A DNA stretch of 64,000 nucleotides. Source: a virus. The translations under genes were made by a program, and so were the position numbers. Positions 9,612 through 20,200 of this stretch are shown in pieces. Position 1 is the stretch's first letter. Each line of letters opens with the position of its first letter. The DNA lies in IMG/VR virus record IMGVR_UViG_3300036985_005327, positions 1 to 64,000 of that record. One strand, written 5' to 3'. The notes under the pieces are model-generated. The model searched no databases. It had not been told where the DNA came from and saw nothing but the letters and a program-made list of their open reading frames with translations.

Positions 9612-10619
9612 ATGATGATCATTGACCAAACTACTGACGCCGGTTTTGCAATGCTGCGAGTTCTCTCTGAAAAGTTTCCCGCTATCAGAGAGATGGCGAA
9701 GACAGCCGAGCTAGACTCTGATGAATTTTCAGGGTTACCGACCTCAGCTTTTGCGTGGCCTGAGCGTCGTATGTTCCCGCTGCACAACCGCGAGCATGCA
9801 GTCCTTTCACTAGCCTACAGCAAAACAGCTTCGATACTGCCTATCGACGTGACGTTGAACCTCGATAGAGCCGCCGAGATTTACGGCGTAGACATGTCCT
9901 CGTTTGATACGGAATCCTCCTTGGAAAAAGAAGCCGGGGAAGAGTACTGGTTGTTGGACAGCCAACGCCGTTTCCGTGTCACGTCTGCTAGCGACGTGAA
10001 GTTGGCTGAGCAGATTGTTGGTCAACGGTACGCTGAGTTTTCTCCCGTCGAACGTGCAGAGATCATGCAGAACTTGGTCAAGGTCGCGGAGCGGTACGAC
10101 GTTCCGCTGTCTCCTTCTACCAAGAAGTTTGCCGGAATCACTCTGACAAACACGAAGGTTCTCTGTGATTGGATTGGTGCTCGGAAAGAGGCAGCTCTCC
10201 GAATCAACTCTCCTGTGGCGGCATCGTACGAGAAGTTGGCTCAGGCTTTTACCAATACTCCCGACTATATTTCGGACAAAAGTTACCAGGTAAAGTTAGC
10301 GGCTGCGTTGCACGACCTGGATAAGAAGGCCGGTATCGAGTCGCTGTACGGAAAGAAAATTCTGGACCCCATTCAGACCGTTTGGAACACCGACAAGCTG
10401 GCGGCTCAGAGCATCAACATCGCGGGCAAGATGTTTGACAAGAACGTTTTGTCTTCTCTTCCTGCTACGTTCTGGTCTGATGCGATTGGTCCGGACTTCG
10501 CAGCGGAGATCGCTCCCGGCGGCGAGGTTGACCCCACAGCTCTCGAGCAAATCATAGCGACGTTGCCCAACGACCTTAAGGCTTCCCTCGCTACGAATCT
10601 TGCTGCATACTCGCATTGA
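9612..10619 (+). CDS. Putative head-associated protein with many K-x-A motifs
   Basis: AFAWPERRMFPLHNREHA motif with a degenerate second copy (YWLLDSQRRFRVTS); KTA/KEA/KLA/KVA repeats like the head-cluster proteins. Confidence 0.6.
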   Translation: MMIIDQTTDAGFAMLRVLSEKFPAIREMAKTAELDSDEFSGLPTSAFAWPERRMFPLHNREHAVLSLAYSKTASILPIDVTLNLDRAAEIYGVDMSSFDTESSLEKEAGEEYWLLDSQRRFRVTSASDVKLAEQIVGQRYAEFSPVERAEIMQNLVKVAERYDVPLSPSTKKFAGITLTNTKVLCDWIGARKEAALRINSPVAASYEKLAQAFTNTPDYISDKSYQVKLAAALHDLDKKAGIESLYGKKILDPIQTVWNTDKLAAQSINIAGKMFDKNVLSSLPATFWSDAIGPDFAAEIAPGGEVDPTALEQIIATLPNDLKASLATNLAAYSH

Positions 10620-11320
10620 TGAAAAACAAAGCGTCAGAAGCAGAGTCTAAAGCAACGCTAAAGGACGCAGAGTCGAGTTCGGCTCTCGCGCTTCTTTTGT
10701 CCGTCAGGTCTCTCTACGGTGACGATGTTCTCGTTTGGGAGCCTGAAACTTTTTGGCTTACGCTCGAAAGAGACAGCTATGTGCTAGCTGAGCCTGAGAG
10801 AGACAAAATACAAGCAGCTCTCGCGTTGACCGTTAGACCCTCGTTCTACTGGGACAACATTGTCTTCCAGCACACGGTACGCGCGTTAAACGGGCAGCAC
10901 TTCAGCGCGGATGCCATCCAGGAAAACTGCACAGCCCACATGGCTTGGGCTGTGTGTGAAGCCGCCACAATTCGGCAGTTCGACCCTGACAAGACCACGG
11001 TTCCTGACTTCGATGGGGACGTGTGCCTGTACACTGCTGTGTGCTTACGCCGCGAGGGCTTTGTTCTTCCTCCGGGGGAGCTCGCGTTCGCGGAAGAGTG
11101 TTTAGAGAAGCAACTCTCAAAAGAAGACCACGTTACCGGACTAAAAAAAGACGTAAAGCAAGCCTGGGCTCACACAGCCAAGAGCAAGCTAGCGCACACC
11201 GAGTTTGCAGAAAACTCTGTCGGTGTGCAGCTAGCTCGTCTTGCCGCTTGTTACCTTTACGTCGAAGACCGGAAGGGCCAACTCAGCAAGGAGTTAGCTC
11301 GCTTGGGGATTAAGACCTGA
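10619..11320 (+). CDS. Hypothetical protein
   Basis: TGATG coupling with the previous gene; 233 aa. Confidence 0.65.
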   Translation: MKNKASEAESKATLKDAESSSALALLLSVRSLYGDDVLVWEPETFWLTLERDSYVLAEPERDKIQAALALTVRPSFYWDNIVFQHTVRALNGQHFSADAIQENCTAHMAWAVCEAATIRQFDPDKTTVPDFDGDVCLYTAVCLRREGFVLPPGELAFAEECLEKQLSKEDHVTGLKKDVKQAWAHTAKSKLAHTEFAENSVGVQLARLAACYLYVEDRKGQLSKELARLGIKT

Positions 11321-12548
11321 GCCGTGAATCGATAGACGCATGAGCTGTTTCGAGTCTTTGGTTTAAAGCTACGAAGTCCTGGTGGTTTCTCAACTCCTTC
11401 ATCAAGTGTGTCAGGTACAGACCAGCTTTGTTCTTTGCTGAGACGATTGGGATTTGTTGCATCGCCGAGATGCTTGCGTCATTCGGGATAAGCATCAGGT
11501 AGCGTATCAGGTTTCTCGCTACGCGGTTAACCTCAGCCGGTTCGTTGATGAAGATGAATTCCAACACGTCCTGCGTGAGGCTGACGAGTTTCTCCAAGGC
11601 ACCGTTCTCAACGAGTTTGTCCAGCTTGTCCTTTATCGTTGAGAAATGAAGGATGACGTCTTCGGCACTGAGCGTAGCGGACTTGTCGTGCAGATACCCT
11701 ACGAGCTGCTGCGACATGGTCATGCCGATTGATGACCCAAACCGAATCTTTGCGACTTCCCCATCGAGAGGAATCTTGCTGTAGTCCAGCACATACGCGT
11801 CGAGACTCACCGTCTGCCACGTGGCAGGGCACGCGTAGGACTTGCTTTGCTCACGTGCTTTGGCGTCCTCTACCAGGCTCGGAGAACCACGCAGGAACTC
11901 GAGAACGGATGGGTGGCAGGGCTTCGACATGGGACCAATGGCGCGGCATGCTGTGTCGGTTTTGTGGAACCCATTGGTCTCTGCGTGAGTCAGGAAGTCT
12001 TTGGCGTTGGACACGACGTACATGAACTTGAGACGGCGTCGGAGGGCCGCGTTCGACTCGATGTTCTGTACAACGTAATTCGCGGTGTTGGGGTTCATGG
12101 ACGCCACGATTGTGACCTTGTCCCCTAGCTTGTAGTCGTAGAGGAGCCGGTCCTCAAGTAGCGAGAAGAACATGGCCATGGCGTGCTGCATGCCCTGGTT
12201 GATCTCGTCGAAGTGTAGAAGAGCTGATTCGTCGGTATCGGGGAACTGTGGCGGAAGAAGGATGTTGAAGAACCTGTTGTCGTCTCCCTGAAGCTTCGGA
12301 ACGCCACCACCCAGGATAGAGAAGTGGGCGGTACGAACGTCCGCTACCCTTGAGAGGTTCATATCCTGAGCGAGCTGATGCACAATCTGAGACTTCCCTA
12401 CTCCGGATTGACCCACAAGGCAGAAGACCCCTCTGAATTGGCTATTGGCAATGGACAGCTTAATCTGGTGAATGGCCTCACTTGGTGACACGCGGGGGAT
12501 ATCGTATTGATCTGCGTAGTGGACTATTTCCTTCTTGTTGTTTGACAT
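11310..12548 (-). CDS. MoxR-like AAA+ ATPase
   Basis: Walker A GQSGVGKS, Walker B LLHFDEIN, sensor ASMNP, Arg finger ALRRR; usual partner of DUF2201 VWA proteins. Confidence 0.88.
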   Translation of the reverse strand: MSNNKKEIVHYADQYDIPRVSPSEAIHQIKLSIANSQFRGVFCLVGQSGVGKSQIVHQLAQDMNLSRVADVRTAHFSILGGGVPKLQGDDNRFFNILLPPQFPDTDESALLHFDEINQGMQHAMAMFFSLLEDRLLYDYKLGDKVTIVASMNPNTANYVVQNIESNAALRRRLKFMYVVSNAKDFLTHAETNGFHKTDTACRAIGPMSKPCHPSVLEFLRGSPSLVEDAKAREQSKSYACPATWQTVSLDAYVLDYSKIPLDGEVAKIRFGSSIGMTMSQQLVGYLHDKSATLSAEDVILHFSTIKDKLDKLVENGALEKLVSLTQDVLEFIFINEPAEVNRVARNLIRYLMLIPNDASISAMQQIPIVSAKNKAGLYLTHLMKELRNHQDFVALNQRLETAHASIDSRLRS

Positions 12549-12577
12549 TTTCTCATTCCTTTCTTATGTTTAGCAGT

Positions 12578-14218
12578 ATGTCTGCTAAAGTAGAGGCAAC
12601 TCTTAGCGATGTTGCCGAATCCTGGATTAGGCTTAATGGGAAGAAATTCAATCTTTCCAATTGGCCTATGCACAGAGCTTTTTACGATTGCCGGTCACGT
12701 CGAACTCTTTTCAAAACAGGACGACAGATTGCGAAGTCCACGACGCTGTCCAACTTTGCTATCGTTGAGTGTAGTGTTATACCACATTTCTCCGTAATGT
12801 TTGTGAGTCCTACCAAGGAACAGACTGTACGCTTTTCGAATTCGCGTGTGTCCAAAACCATGCGGTACTCACCGCACATTAGCCGAACATTTCTACACAC
12901 AGGTTTGGCCGACCGCGTCTTCCATAAGCAGTACAAAAACGGTTCTGAAATGTTGTTCACGTATGCGCTTGACGATGCTGACCGACTTCGTGGTCCTTCT
13001 ACCGATAGGAACATGTACGACGAGGTTCAGGACATTCTGTACGATCCGGTCATCATCGTCGGAAACGAGTGTTTATCCCACTCGAAGTACGCGTTTGAAA
13101 CGTACGCTGGAACCCCCAAGACGATGGAGAACACCATCCAGTTCTTATGGGAGAACAGCAGCCAGACGGAGTGGGTTATCAAGTGCGATGGGTGCAACAC
13201 CCAACAGTACATAGACTCTGCTCGCTCTCTAGGAAAAGAAGGAATTATTTGTTTAAAATGTGGCAAGTACCTCAATCCTTTTAAAGGACAATGGATCGAT
13301 CTGAACTCGTTTAAGAACTCAGACATCGACCCTGCTTTTCGTGTTAAAGGATTTCACCTTAGCCAGCTCATCATGCCTGAGTACAATCCTCACGCGATGG
13401 CATTAGCGTGTCCTGATTTAGTTTCATATGCGAAGAACGCATGGAATAGAATTCTCGTAAAGAACGACGAGTTAAATACTTCTAAGTTCAATAATGAAGT
13501 ATTGGGAGTATCTGACGACGTTGGCTCTCGAATGATCTCTAAAGAAGAGATCGAGAGGCTGTGTATAGGTAAACCCCTTCAGCAATACCCTGATACCAAA
13601 CAACACGCTGAAATATCAACTATCGTTGCAGGTGTAGACTGGACAGGCGGCGGAACAACAGGCGTGTCGCGAACGGCGCTTTGGATTTGGGGGTACCGGC
13701 CCAGAGACAAAAAATTGGTCTGTCTCTTTTACAAGACCTACCCTGGCATCAATCCGGTAAACAACATCGAAGAAATAGCAAATGTGTGTCTGTCCCATAA
13801 GGTAGGGTTGGTTGTGGGCGATGCTGGCGAGGGACACGCACCAAATGATTTACTGCGTAAACGTTTAGGCGTGCATACTGTGACGCAAGCACAGTACACA
13901 AGCCAAACGAAAGCCGTTGTTTGGAATCAGCTAGACCGCTACACCGTGGATAAGACCACCATCGTCGATAACTTTTTTCTCCTATTAAAAAGAAGAGACG
14001 TTGAGCTGGGACCGTTACCGCAGATGAAGACAGCCATAGACGACATGATGAACGAGTACGAAGACATTACGTCCACGGGGCGTAAAGTCTGGACTCATGC
14101 TATGTCTCTTTCGGACGACTGTCTTCATGCTGCGGTATTCGGATGGTTGGCATTCAAGATTGTGACGAATGACTTGCAGTTCTACTACACGAGCGAAGAC
14201 GAGAAGAAGACAGCCTAG
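12578..14218 (+). CDS. terL: Terminase large subunit (lambda GpA-like)
   Basis: KTGRQIAKST Walker A, YDEVQD Walker B, GTPKT, CDGC..CLKC zinc finger, AGVDW nuclease motif, DDCLHA; start could be 12566. Confidence 0.85.
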   Translation: MSAKVEATLSDVAESWIRLNGKKFNLSNWPMHRAFYDCRSRRTLFKTGRQIAKSTTLSNFAIVECSVIPHFSVMFVSPTKEQTVRFSNSRVSKTMRYSPHISRTFLHTGLADRVFHKQYKNGSEMLFTYALDDADRLRGPSTDRNMYDEVQDILYDPVIIVGNECLSHSKYAFETYAGTPKTMENTIQFLWENSSQTEWVIKCDGCNTQQYIDSARSLGKEGIICLKCGKYLNPFKGQWIDLNSFKNSDIDPAFRVKGFHLSQLIMPEYNPHAMALACPDLVSYAKNAWNRILVKNDELNTSKFNNEVLGVSDDVGSRMISKEEIERLCIGKPLQQYPDTKQHAEISTIVAGVDWTGGGTTGVSRTALWIWGYRPRDKKLVCLFYKTYPGINPVNNIEEIANVCLSHKVGLVVGDAGEGHAPNDLLRKRLGVHTVTQAQYTSQTKAVVWNQLDRYTVDKTTIVDNFFLLLKRRDVELGPLPQMKTAIDDMMNEYEDITSTGRKVWTHAMSLSDDCLHAAVFGWLAFKIVTNDLQFYYTSEDEKKTA

Positions 14219-17200
14219 CTGGCTACTAGCTCTTCGAACTCAGCTCGAACTTCTTGCTCGATAAAATCGTCACGGTCGGCGGGGTTCTCGGGGACTATGT
14301 GGGTCACGTTTCCCATTTTCTTGATGTAGTTGTCCACGCTCATGAGCTCGCCGTATGACGGACCCACTTCTACGTCCCAAGAGAACGGAACAGGTAGCCA
14401 CGGATACCTGTTGTTAATACGGCGCATACCGTACTCCTTGATGAACTCAGGGAGCTGATGCACGTACTTGTCTGGGCACTCAAACCCAACGGAGTCATGA
14501 ACGGTGAGTAGTAGCTCACCCTGCATGTCCACCCGGAGAGGCTCTTCCATATCACACAGAACCTCAAGAACGATTTCAGAGCTCGTGCTCTGGATCTTGA
14601 AGTTGACACTTTGCCTTTCGGCTTTTGAACGCAGACTCCACGGAAGTTTATGGAGTTCCCCAAAGCGTCTACGCCGCCCAAAGAACGTTTCCACAAAACC
14701 CAAATGCTTTAGCTGGTCCTTGGTGAGCTGGATGTACTCAGGGATCGTGGGGAACATCTTGAACAGAGTGTCTACGATAACAGCCGCTTGTTCTTCCGGG
14801 ATACCTACGATAGACGAAACCTTGTTTGGAGTAGCTCCGTAGAGAATCCCGAACACAACGCGCTTGATGATGCCGCGCAAGCGATCTAGCTGTTTCCCAT
14901 ACGGCTCTTCTGTTTCTTTGATTTTATCTCGGTCGCAGAAGTCACTGTAGGACCACCCATGCGCGGTATCTATACCTACTGTTTCAGCTACTTCTTTCCA
15001 ACGGTACTGCTCAACTCCGTTAAGAACGTTAGCCGGGTTGTAGACCATAGACGCAAAGAAGCTGTGGGGGTCCATGCCGTCGTTAAGAGCTTTGATGAGG
15101 TTCTTGTCTTTGCTGTACGCAGAGTAGATTCTCACTTCCGCTGCTTTGGCGTCAGCGTTACCGAAGGCGTATCCCGGCTGAGAGGGCACGAATATCTTTT
15201 TGATGTTGTGCCCGCCCAGTTTCTTGGGGATATTTTGCATATTTTCGTGAGACGATGAAAGTCTACCGGAAGACGTTCCATGTTGGTGATACGTGGTATG
15301 CATGCGATCATCTTCACGTGTGAGAACCATGATGTTCTCGATGAACGTGTTGCGTGCCTTCTGCATCGCCCGGAATTCCAGCAAGTCTCGAGAGAATGGG
15401 CAGTCGTACTTTGTGACGAGCAGCCGTAGGAATTGAGCGTTCGTGGAGATAGCTCCAGAGTCTGTGCGCGGGGGTTCTACCTTCCCCAGATAGCACATGT
15501 GCTCTTTTGTCTCAGGGTGGGTAAAGCCCACGTTGTACAAGATGGACCTAATCTGTCCTGAGCTGGCAGGGTTAAGCTTTTCTTTGTATCCTGCCGGGAG
15601 CATATGGTTAAGCTTGATGATGGCTTCCCGCGAAGACTGCTCCATTTTTATAGCGAGTTCTCGCGTGTATTCCCGGTCCATAGGGACGCCACGGTTCTCT
15701 ATTCGTGCAAGAACTCCTAACGTAGGCAGAGAACGTGTAGCCATAATGCGCGCGAGAGGTTCAACGACAGGACAGAGTATGGCACCTAGCTTACTGAATT
15801 CTTGACGTTCGAACTTCTGTAGCTTTCGACGCTCTGCAATAAACCTGGTAGATTCTGCTCCCATGTTCTTACGCTGGGTAACTGCAATTTGCCATGTGGC
15901 GTCAGCGTCGATAGCGCCGTAGATGCTTAAGTCCTCAAGTGGGATGTGAGCGTAGCCATCATCTTTTAGTAACGATTCTTCCGCTTTGCTAAGCTTCTGG
16001 CCTAACTCTTTCAGCTCCTTCTTTTTCTCGATTAACTTAGCGTTTGCCTGGGCTTTTACCTCTTTTTCGTAGTTGGCATAGCTAGGAAGGTAAGTTTTTA
16101 CCAACTCTTTTAAGCCGTAGAACCCCTTCTTGTCTTCGGCTAACAGGTGCTCTGCAATCATGGTATCCCAAGCTAGATTGACGACCCCAAACTTTTTACG
16201 GCGTAACACCTTAGCGTCGAACTTGAAGTTGTGACCGACCTTGGGCTTTTTACACGTGAACAGTTTTACAAGGAAGGGGTGAACGTCTTCCAGAGACCAC
16301 GTAGATTCGCGGTGCTCCACCGTGATAGACGCTGCTTTTCCGATGTCCCAAGCAACAGTTACCGTGAGCAGTTTGAGCTTATCCCGATGAGGCATAAGCG
16401 TATTCGTTTCCGTGTCCAGTGCTATTAAGTGTTTTGTGGGGTCTACACCTTCAGGAGCATACGCGATAATGTGATCTACGAGGTCGGAGACTTCCTGAAG
16501 AGTTTTTGGGAATATGTAGTTCTTAGAAATAGCTCCTACGTTTGCCTTTGTCTTCAGTATCTTCTTCTCGTTATTAAGGAGGACGCTTCCCATGAAAGAC
16601 TGTATGTGGCGGTTTACGAGCTCTATGTACCCGGACTTAATAACCATCTGGGCTAACGAGATAGACGCGAAAACGTAAACGTGCCTACCCCCAATGTACG
16701 TCTCCAGAAGTTGTCCTACGACATCTGCGTGCTTCTTGATATTGAATCCTAGAGTCTTCAGGACTACAGGTCCAAACGCGAACACCATGACAGACCTGTC
16801 AGGGTCCGAGTTACTAACCAGTTTTTCCTTTAGGATATCGCAGCAGCAACGAATGGTCTTTATCGATGGCTTGGTGACAACGCAATGGACCGCGTAGGTG
16901 AAGTAGGTCTCTATCTTCGTGTAGCTGGTGTTCTTGTTCCTAAAGTTCTCGACCATCGCGCGGGCATCCCGCTCTAACCCTACTTTCCAAGACTCATGCG
17001 AGTGCATGCTCTCGGAGGGTCCTATCTCTGGCGAGTCGCTAACAAAGAAACAATCAGTTAACTTGGGACCGTTGTCCTTTACGAAATGCTTTGCGCCGTA
17101 ATGGTCACACTCTAGGCACTTGGGTCCACACCAACCCTGAGTACATAGCTGACAGTCGAGCGTAACCTCTCTAGAACTCGGTATCTCCTTTTTCGTAAGT

Positions 17201-17253
17201 GATAGTTTCGACGACTTCGTCTTTCGAATCTTCGGCGGTTTCGGGTCTGTCAT
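14215..17253 (-). CDS. polA: Family A DNA polymerase with N-terminal UDG-like domain and 3'-5' exonuclease
   Basis: Exo motifs ALDTET, GHNFKFD, YGAIDA; polymerase motifs TSSGRLSS, NMQNIP, ADAKAAEVR, KRVVFGILYG, TVHDS. Confidence 0.93.
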   Translation of the reverse strand: MTDPKPPKIRKTKSSKLSLTKKEIPSSREVTLDCQLCTQGWCGPKCLECDHYGAKHFVKDNGPKLTDCFFVSDSPEIGPSESMHSHESWKVGLERDARAMVENFRNKNTSYTKIETYFTYAVHCVVTKPSIKTIRCCCDILKEKLVSNSDPDRSVMVFAFGPVVLKTLGFNIKKHADVVGQLLETYIGGRHVYVFASISLAQMVIKSGYIELVNRHIQSFMGSVLLNNEKKILKTKANVGAISKNYIFPKTLQEVSDLVDHIIAYAPEGVDPTKHLIALDTETNTLMPHRDKLKLLTVTVAWDIGKAASITVEHRESTWSLEDVHPFLVKLFTCKKPKVGHNFKFDAKVLRRKKFGVVNLAWDTMIAEHLLAEDKKGFYGLKELVKTYLPSYANYEKEVKAQANAKLIEKKKELKELGQKLSKAEESLLKDDGYAHIPLEDLSIYGAIDADATWQIAVTQRKNMGAESTRFIAERRKLQKFERQEFSKLGAILCPVVEPLARIMATRSLPTLGVLARIENRGVPMDREYTRELAIKMEQSSREAIIKLNHMLPAGYKEKLNPASSGQIRSILYNVGFTHPETKEHMCYLGKVEPPRTDSGAISTNAQFLRLLVTKYDCPFSRDLLEFRAMQKARNTFIENIMVLTREDDRMHTTYHQHGTSSGRLSSSHENMQNIPKKLGGHNIKKIFVPSQPGYAFGNADAKAAEVRIYSAYSKDKNLIKALNDGMDPHSFFASMVYNPANVLNGVEQYRWKEVAETVGIDTAHGWSYSDFCDRDKIKETEEPYGKQLDRLRGIIKRVVFGILYGATPNKVSSIVGIPEEQAAVIVDTLFKMFPTIPEYIQLTKDQLKHLGFVETFFGRRRRFGELHKLPWSLRSKAERQSVNFKIQSTSSEIVLEVLCDMEEPLRVDMQGELLLTVHDSVGFECPDKYVHQLPEFIKEYGMRRINNRYPWLPVPFSWDVEVGPSYGELMSVDNYIKKMGNVTHIVPENPADRDDFIEQEVRAEFEELVAS

Positions 17254-20200
17254 TTACCGCTACCAATCCTTTTTGTTCCGTTAGTTCTTTTGGAACAGCT
17301 TCTTGTCTTTTTGTTTTCTCGTATTCAGCACTTGTTTTTCCGCTTAACCAATTGCCAGATTCAAACACAACGACGTCAGGTATCCTGATTCCTTTTCCTA
17401 AGTACTGAACGCTGTTCTCGAGTATCTTGGAATCTTTAATACGTTGGTCTGTGAGAACGTTACTATCGCGCATTAGTGTTTGGCGTAACTGGTTAGCTTT
17501 AATCCCAGCATTATGCGGGAGTAACCTAACAAGTGCCTGGTCGAGTAGCACGAGAAGTAGCTGTCTCTCTTCGTCTAGGAAGATACCTACGGATGACTCG
17601 TTTATGTAGTGTCTTTGACCTGGGTTAGCTAGCAACTGGGCTATTGATTTGTACAAGAACGGGATGTCCTTGTCCCCTGAAGGAATACGGATAACTGGGT
17701 TATGCATCATCGAGGTTAACGTGGAAGCGGACTCAGAGTAGGTGGTTGCTCTCTCGATGTTGTCCATGTTCGATTCCACAAACTCACGTAAGAACTTTTT
17801 CCAGTCGAGGCCCATTACGTCCATTACTGCGAGCATCCCAAATAACCCAGAAGCGTATCTGTACTCTAGCTTGGAGCCTAAGAAGTCTGAAAACGTCAGG
17901 TATTCTTTCTCTATGAGTGCATAGCTCTCCATAATTGCAGGAATGTGTCGATACATTCCTATAACTAAGCGGTCAGCTATTCCCTTAACAAAGGTATCTC
18001 CGTATTTAGCCCGGATAATATTCTTTACGTTGTCGCGTCCTTCGATTTTCTTAGTCTCGATCATGATCATTCGGTTAAGGTCTTGGGGCTTTTCAACTCC
18101 ACTAATTGCACAGTAAACAATGGGGCAGAAAATCTTACGGATAGATACACCAGACACTCCGTTGTTCGATGCGCGAATACGCACACCTTCGCCAGACACA
18201 CAGCTCCTAAATAGCTCTTGAATCATACGTAGTGCTTCGGACCTATTAGTCCCATTGTCAGACTCAGCTTCGTCTAGGACTAGAAGAAGGCGTGAGTTAT
18301 CCATAAGAGAACTGATGCCTGCTTCGGAGAAGCCGTCAAACCCCAAAGACGAGTACAGGATTCTCATTTCTTTTGCTCCACCTATGTTACACAAGGTGGA
18401 CAAGAATGAAGATTTACCTGAACTAGTTTCCCCTGTAACAATCGCCATGACCTGTCGTGGGTAACAGTTATTAGTCGCCAAGACCATGGCCATAGCCCCC
18501 AGCATAGACGGGACGATGTGGTGGTTCTTAAAGAAGTAACCGTCGGTATATACTGCCACCATGTCGTGGTATAGCTGAGGGAGGGCTACGTCATTACCCT
18601 TTTCTAATAATTCAACGGTTAAGCCATCCGGATACCAGGGAAGTTCAATAGCTCCAGCCATGTACCCAGTGTCGAAAATGATATTTCCGTCACGCGGACC
18701 ATCTAACTTTACCCAGTGAGCTCCGGTATGGTCCCTGGAAATAATCTTGAGGACATCCCCGCCACAGACAACATACTCAGCTATTACTTTACCCCTGGAA
18801 TCCCGTATGCAGTGGTAACCTTGCCGTAGTAAGTTTTGATGCTTTATAGCTGGTACACCAGCGGATGCGCGCATAACAGCTTCGTTGGCGTAGAACCGTA
18901 ATGTCTTATCGATAGTCTCCATACTCCCGTCTCCCTCTTTAGTAGTGGGATTAGGGATAAAAGCGGGCCAGCCTACGTGGTCAATAATGAACTGGATTAT
19001 TCCGCCCGAGATAATAGCGAGTTCTTTCATGACAGATGTAGGGCTGTCAATCTTGAACGAGAACACTGTATTTTGATTTTGTCCTCTACCTATGCCTAGA
19101 AGCTTACGTTCTGACCCGGTGTTATCCGTACCCACCATAAACATTATTGACTCGAGCGCTTCTTTGAACCGAGTAATAAACGCTTCCTCTGAAACTACGC
19201 TATTGGTAAGTGCTCTCTTTAGGGGGTCAGGCTTTAATGTGGGATACGCTTCGCAGATACTTTGAACGTAGGATTCTCGGTCTAACGCGTTTAAGAGTAC
19301 TTTACCGATATCGACAGCTACTTCAGTCAGTCCACGGTAGTCAGTTGGGTCTAGTTTATCTAGTTTGTCACAGGCTCGTTCGTACAACCATTGTCCTGAA
19401 GGCTGGTAGTTCTCTTCCCTGTTTGCCCAAAGTTCAAGAACAGTCTTTTCAGGACCAACTGCAGCATGGTGTACCGCGTTATCGGGGTCATCAGCCGGTG
19501 CTAACTTTTCCCAAGCGTCGTTGCTAAAAACGTAAGAACGAAGCTTTGAGAATACTGCGAGCCATTTAGCAACAGCTTCATCCCCACTAGCACTAGTCTT
19601 CTGATCTCCACCTTTGTCAGGAGCGTCACCGATGAGCATAACGTCAGTAGCCATGCTTCGGACTAAAGACTCTTCAGCTCCTTCGATGGTACCTGTTCCA
19701 CCTAAGCTGACAACGGGACCCCATATATTACCTGTCTCAGCCATGTTAGCCATGAGAGACAAACAATCCATTTCTCCTTCAACAGCGTACACAGCCTGTT
19801 TTTTAGCTTTAGCGTCCCAACATGTTTTGTAGTGATCCCACCCTAAACCAAAAACACCAGGGACGTCTTCGTGCTCATCTTCGGGCATAATGTGCGTATG
19901 CCCTGCTTCAGGGAGACGGATCTTAAATCGACCAATGTTTGTAGGGGAGTTGTACAGCGTAAAGACAGGAGCTCCGATAAAACGGTCGTTAGACCCGCCG
20001 CGTGAGAAGCTGCTAAAATATTCCATAGCAGCGTTTGAGTAGTCTTCTGGAATTTCGTTTAGCCCTATTTCAGGTGGACTCGGACTGTTCTTTAGGGCTG
20101 ATAGCCTGATAAAGCGGTCTGTTAGTTTCTGGCTTAGTGCGGTCGTAGTCGGGTAAATACCGATTGGGAGTACGGGGATTACGTCTTTGCTTATTTTGCG

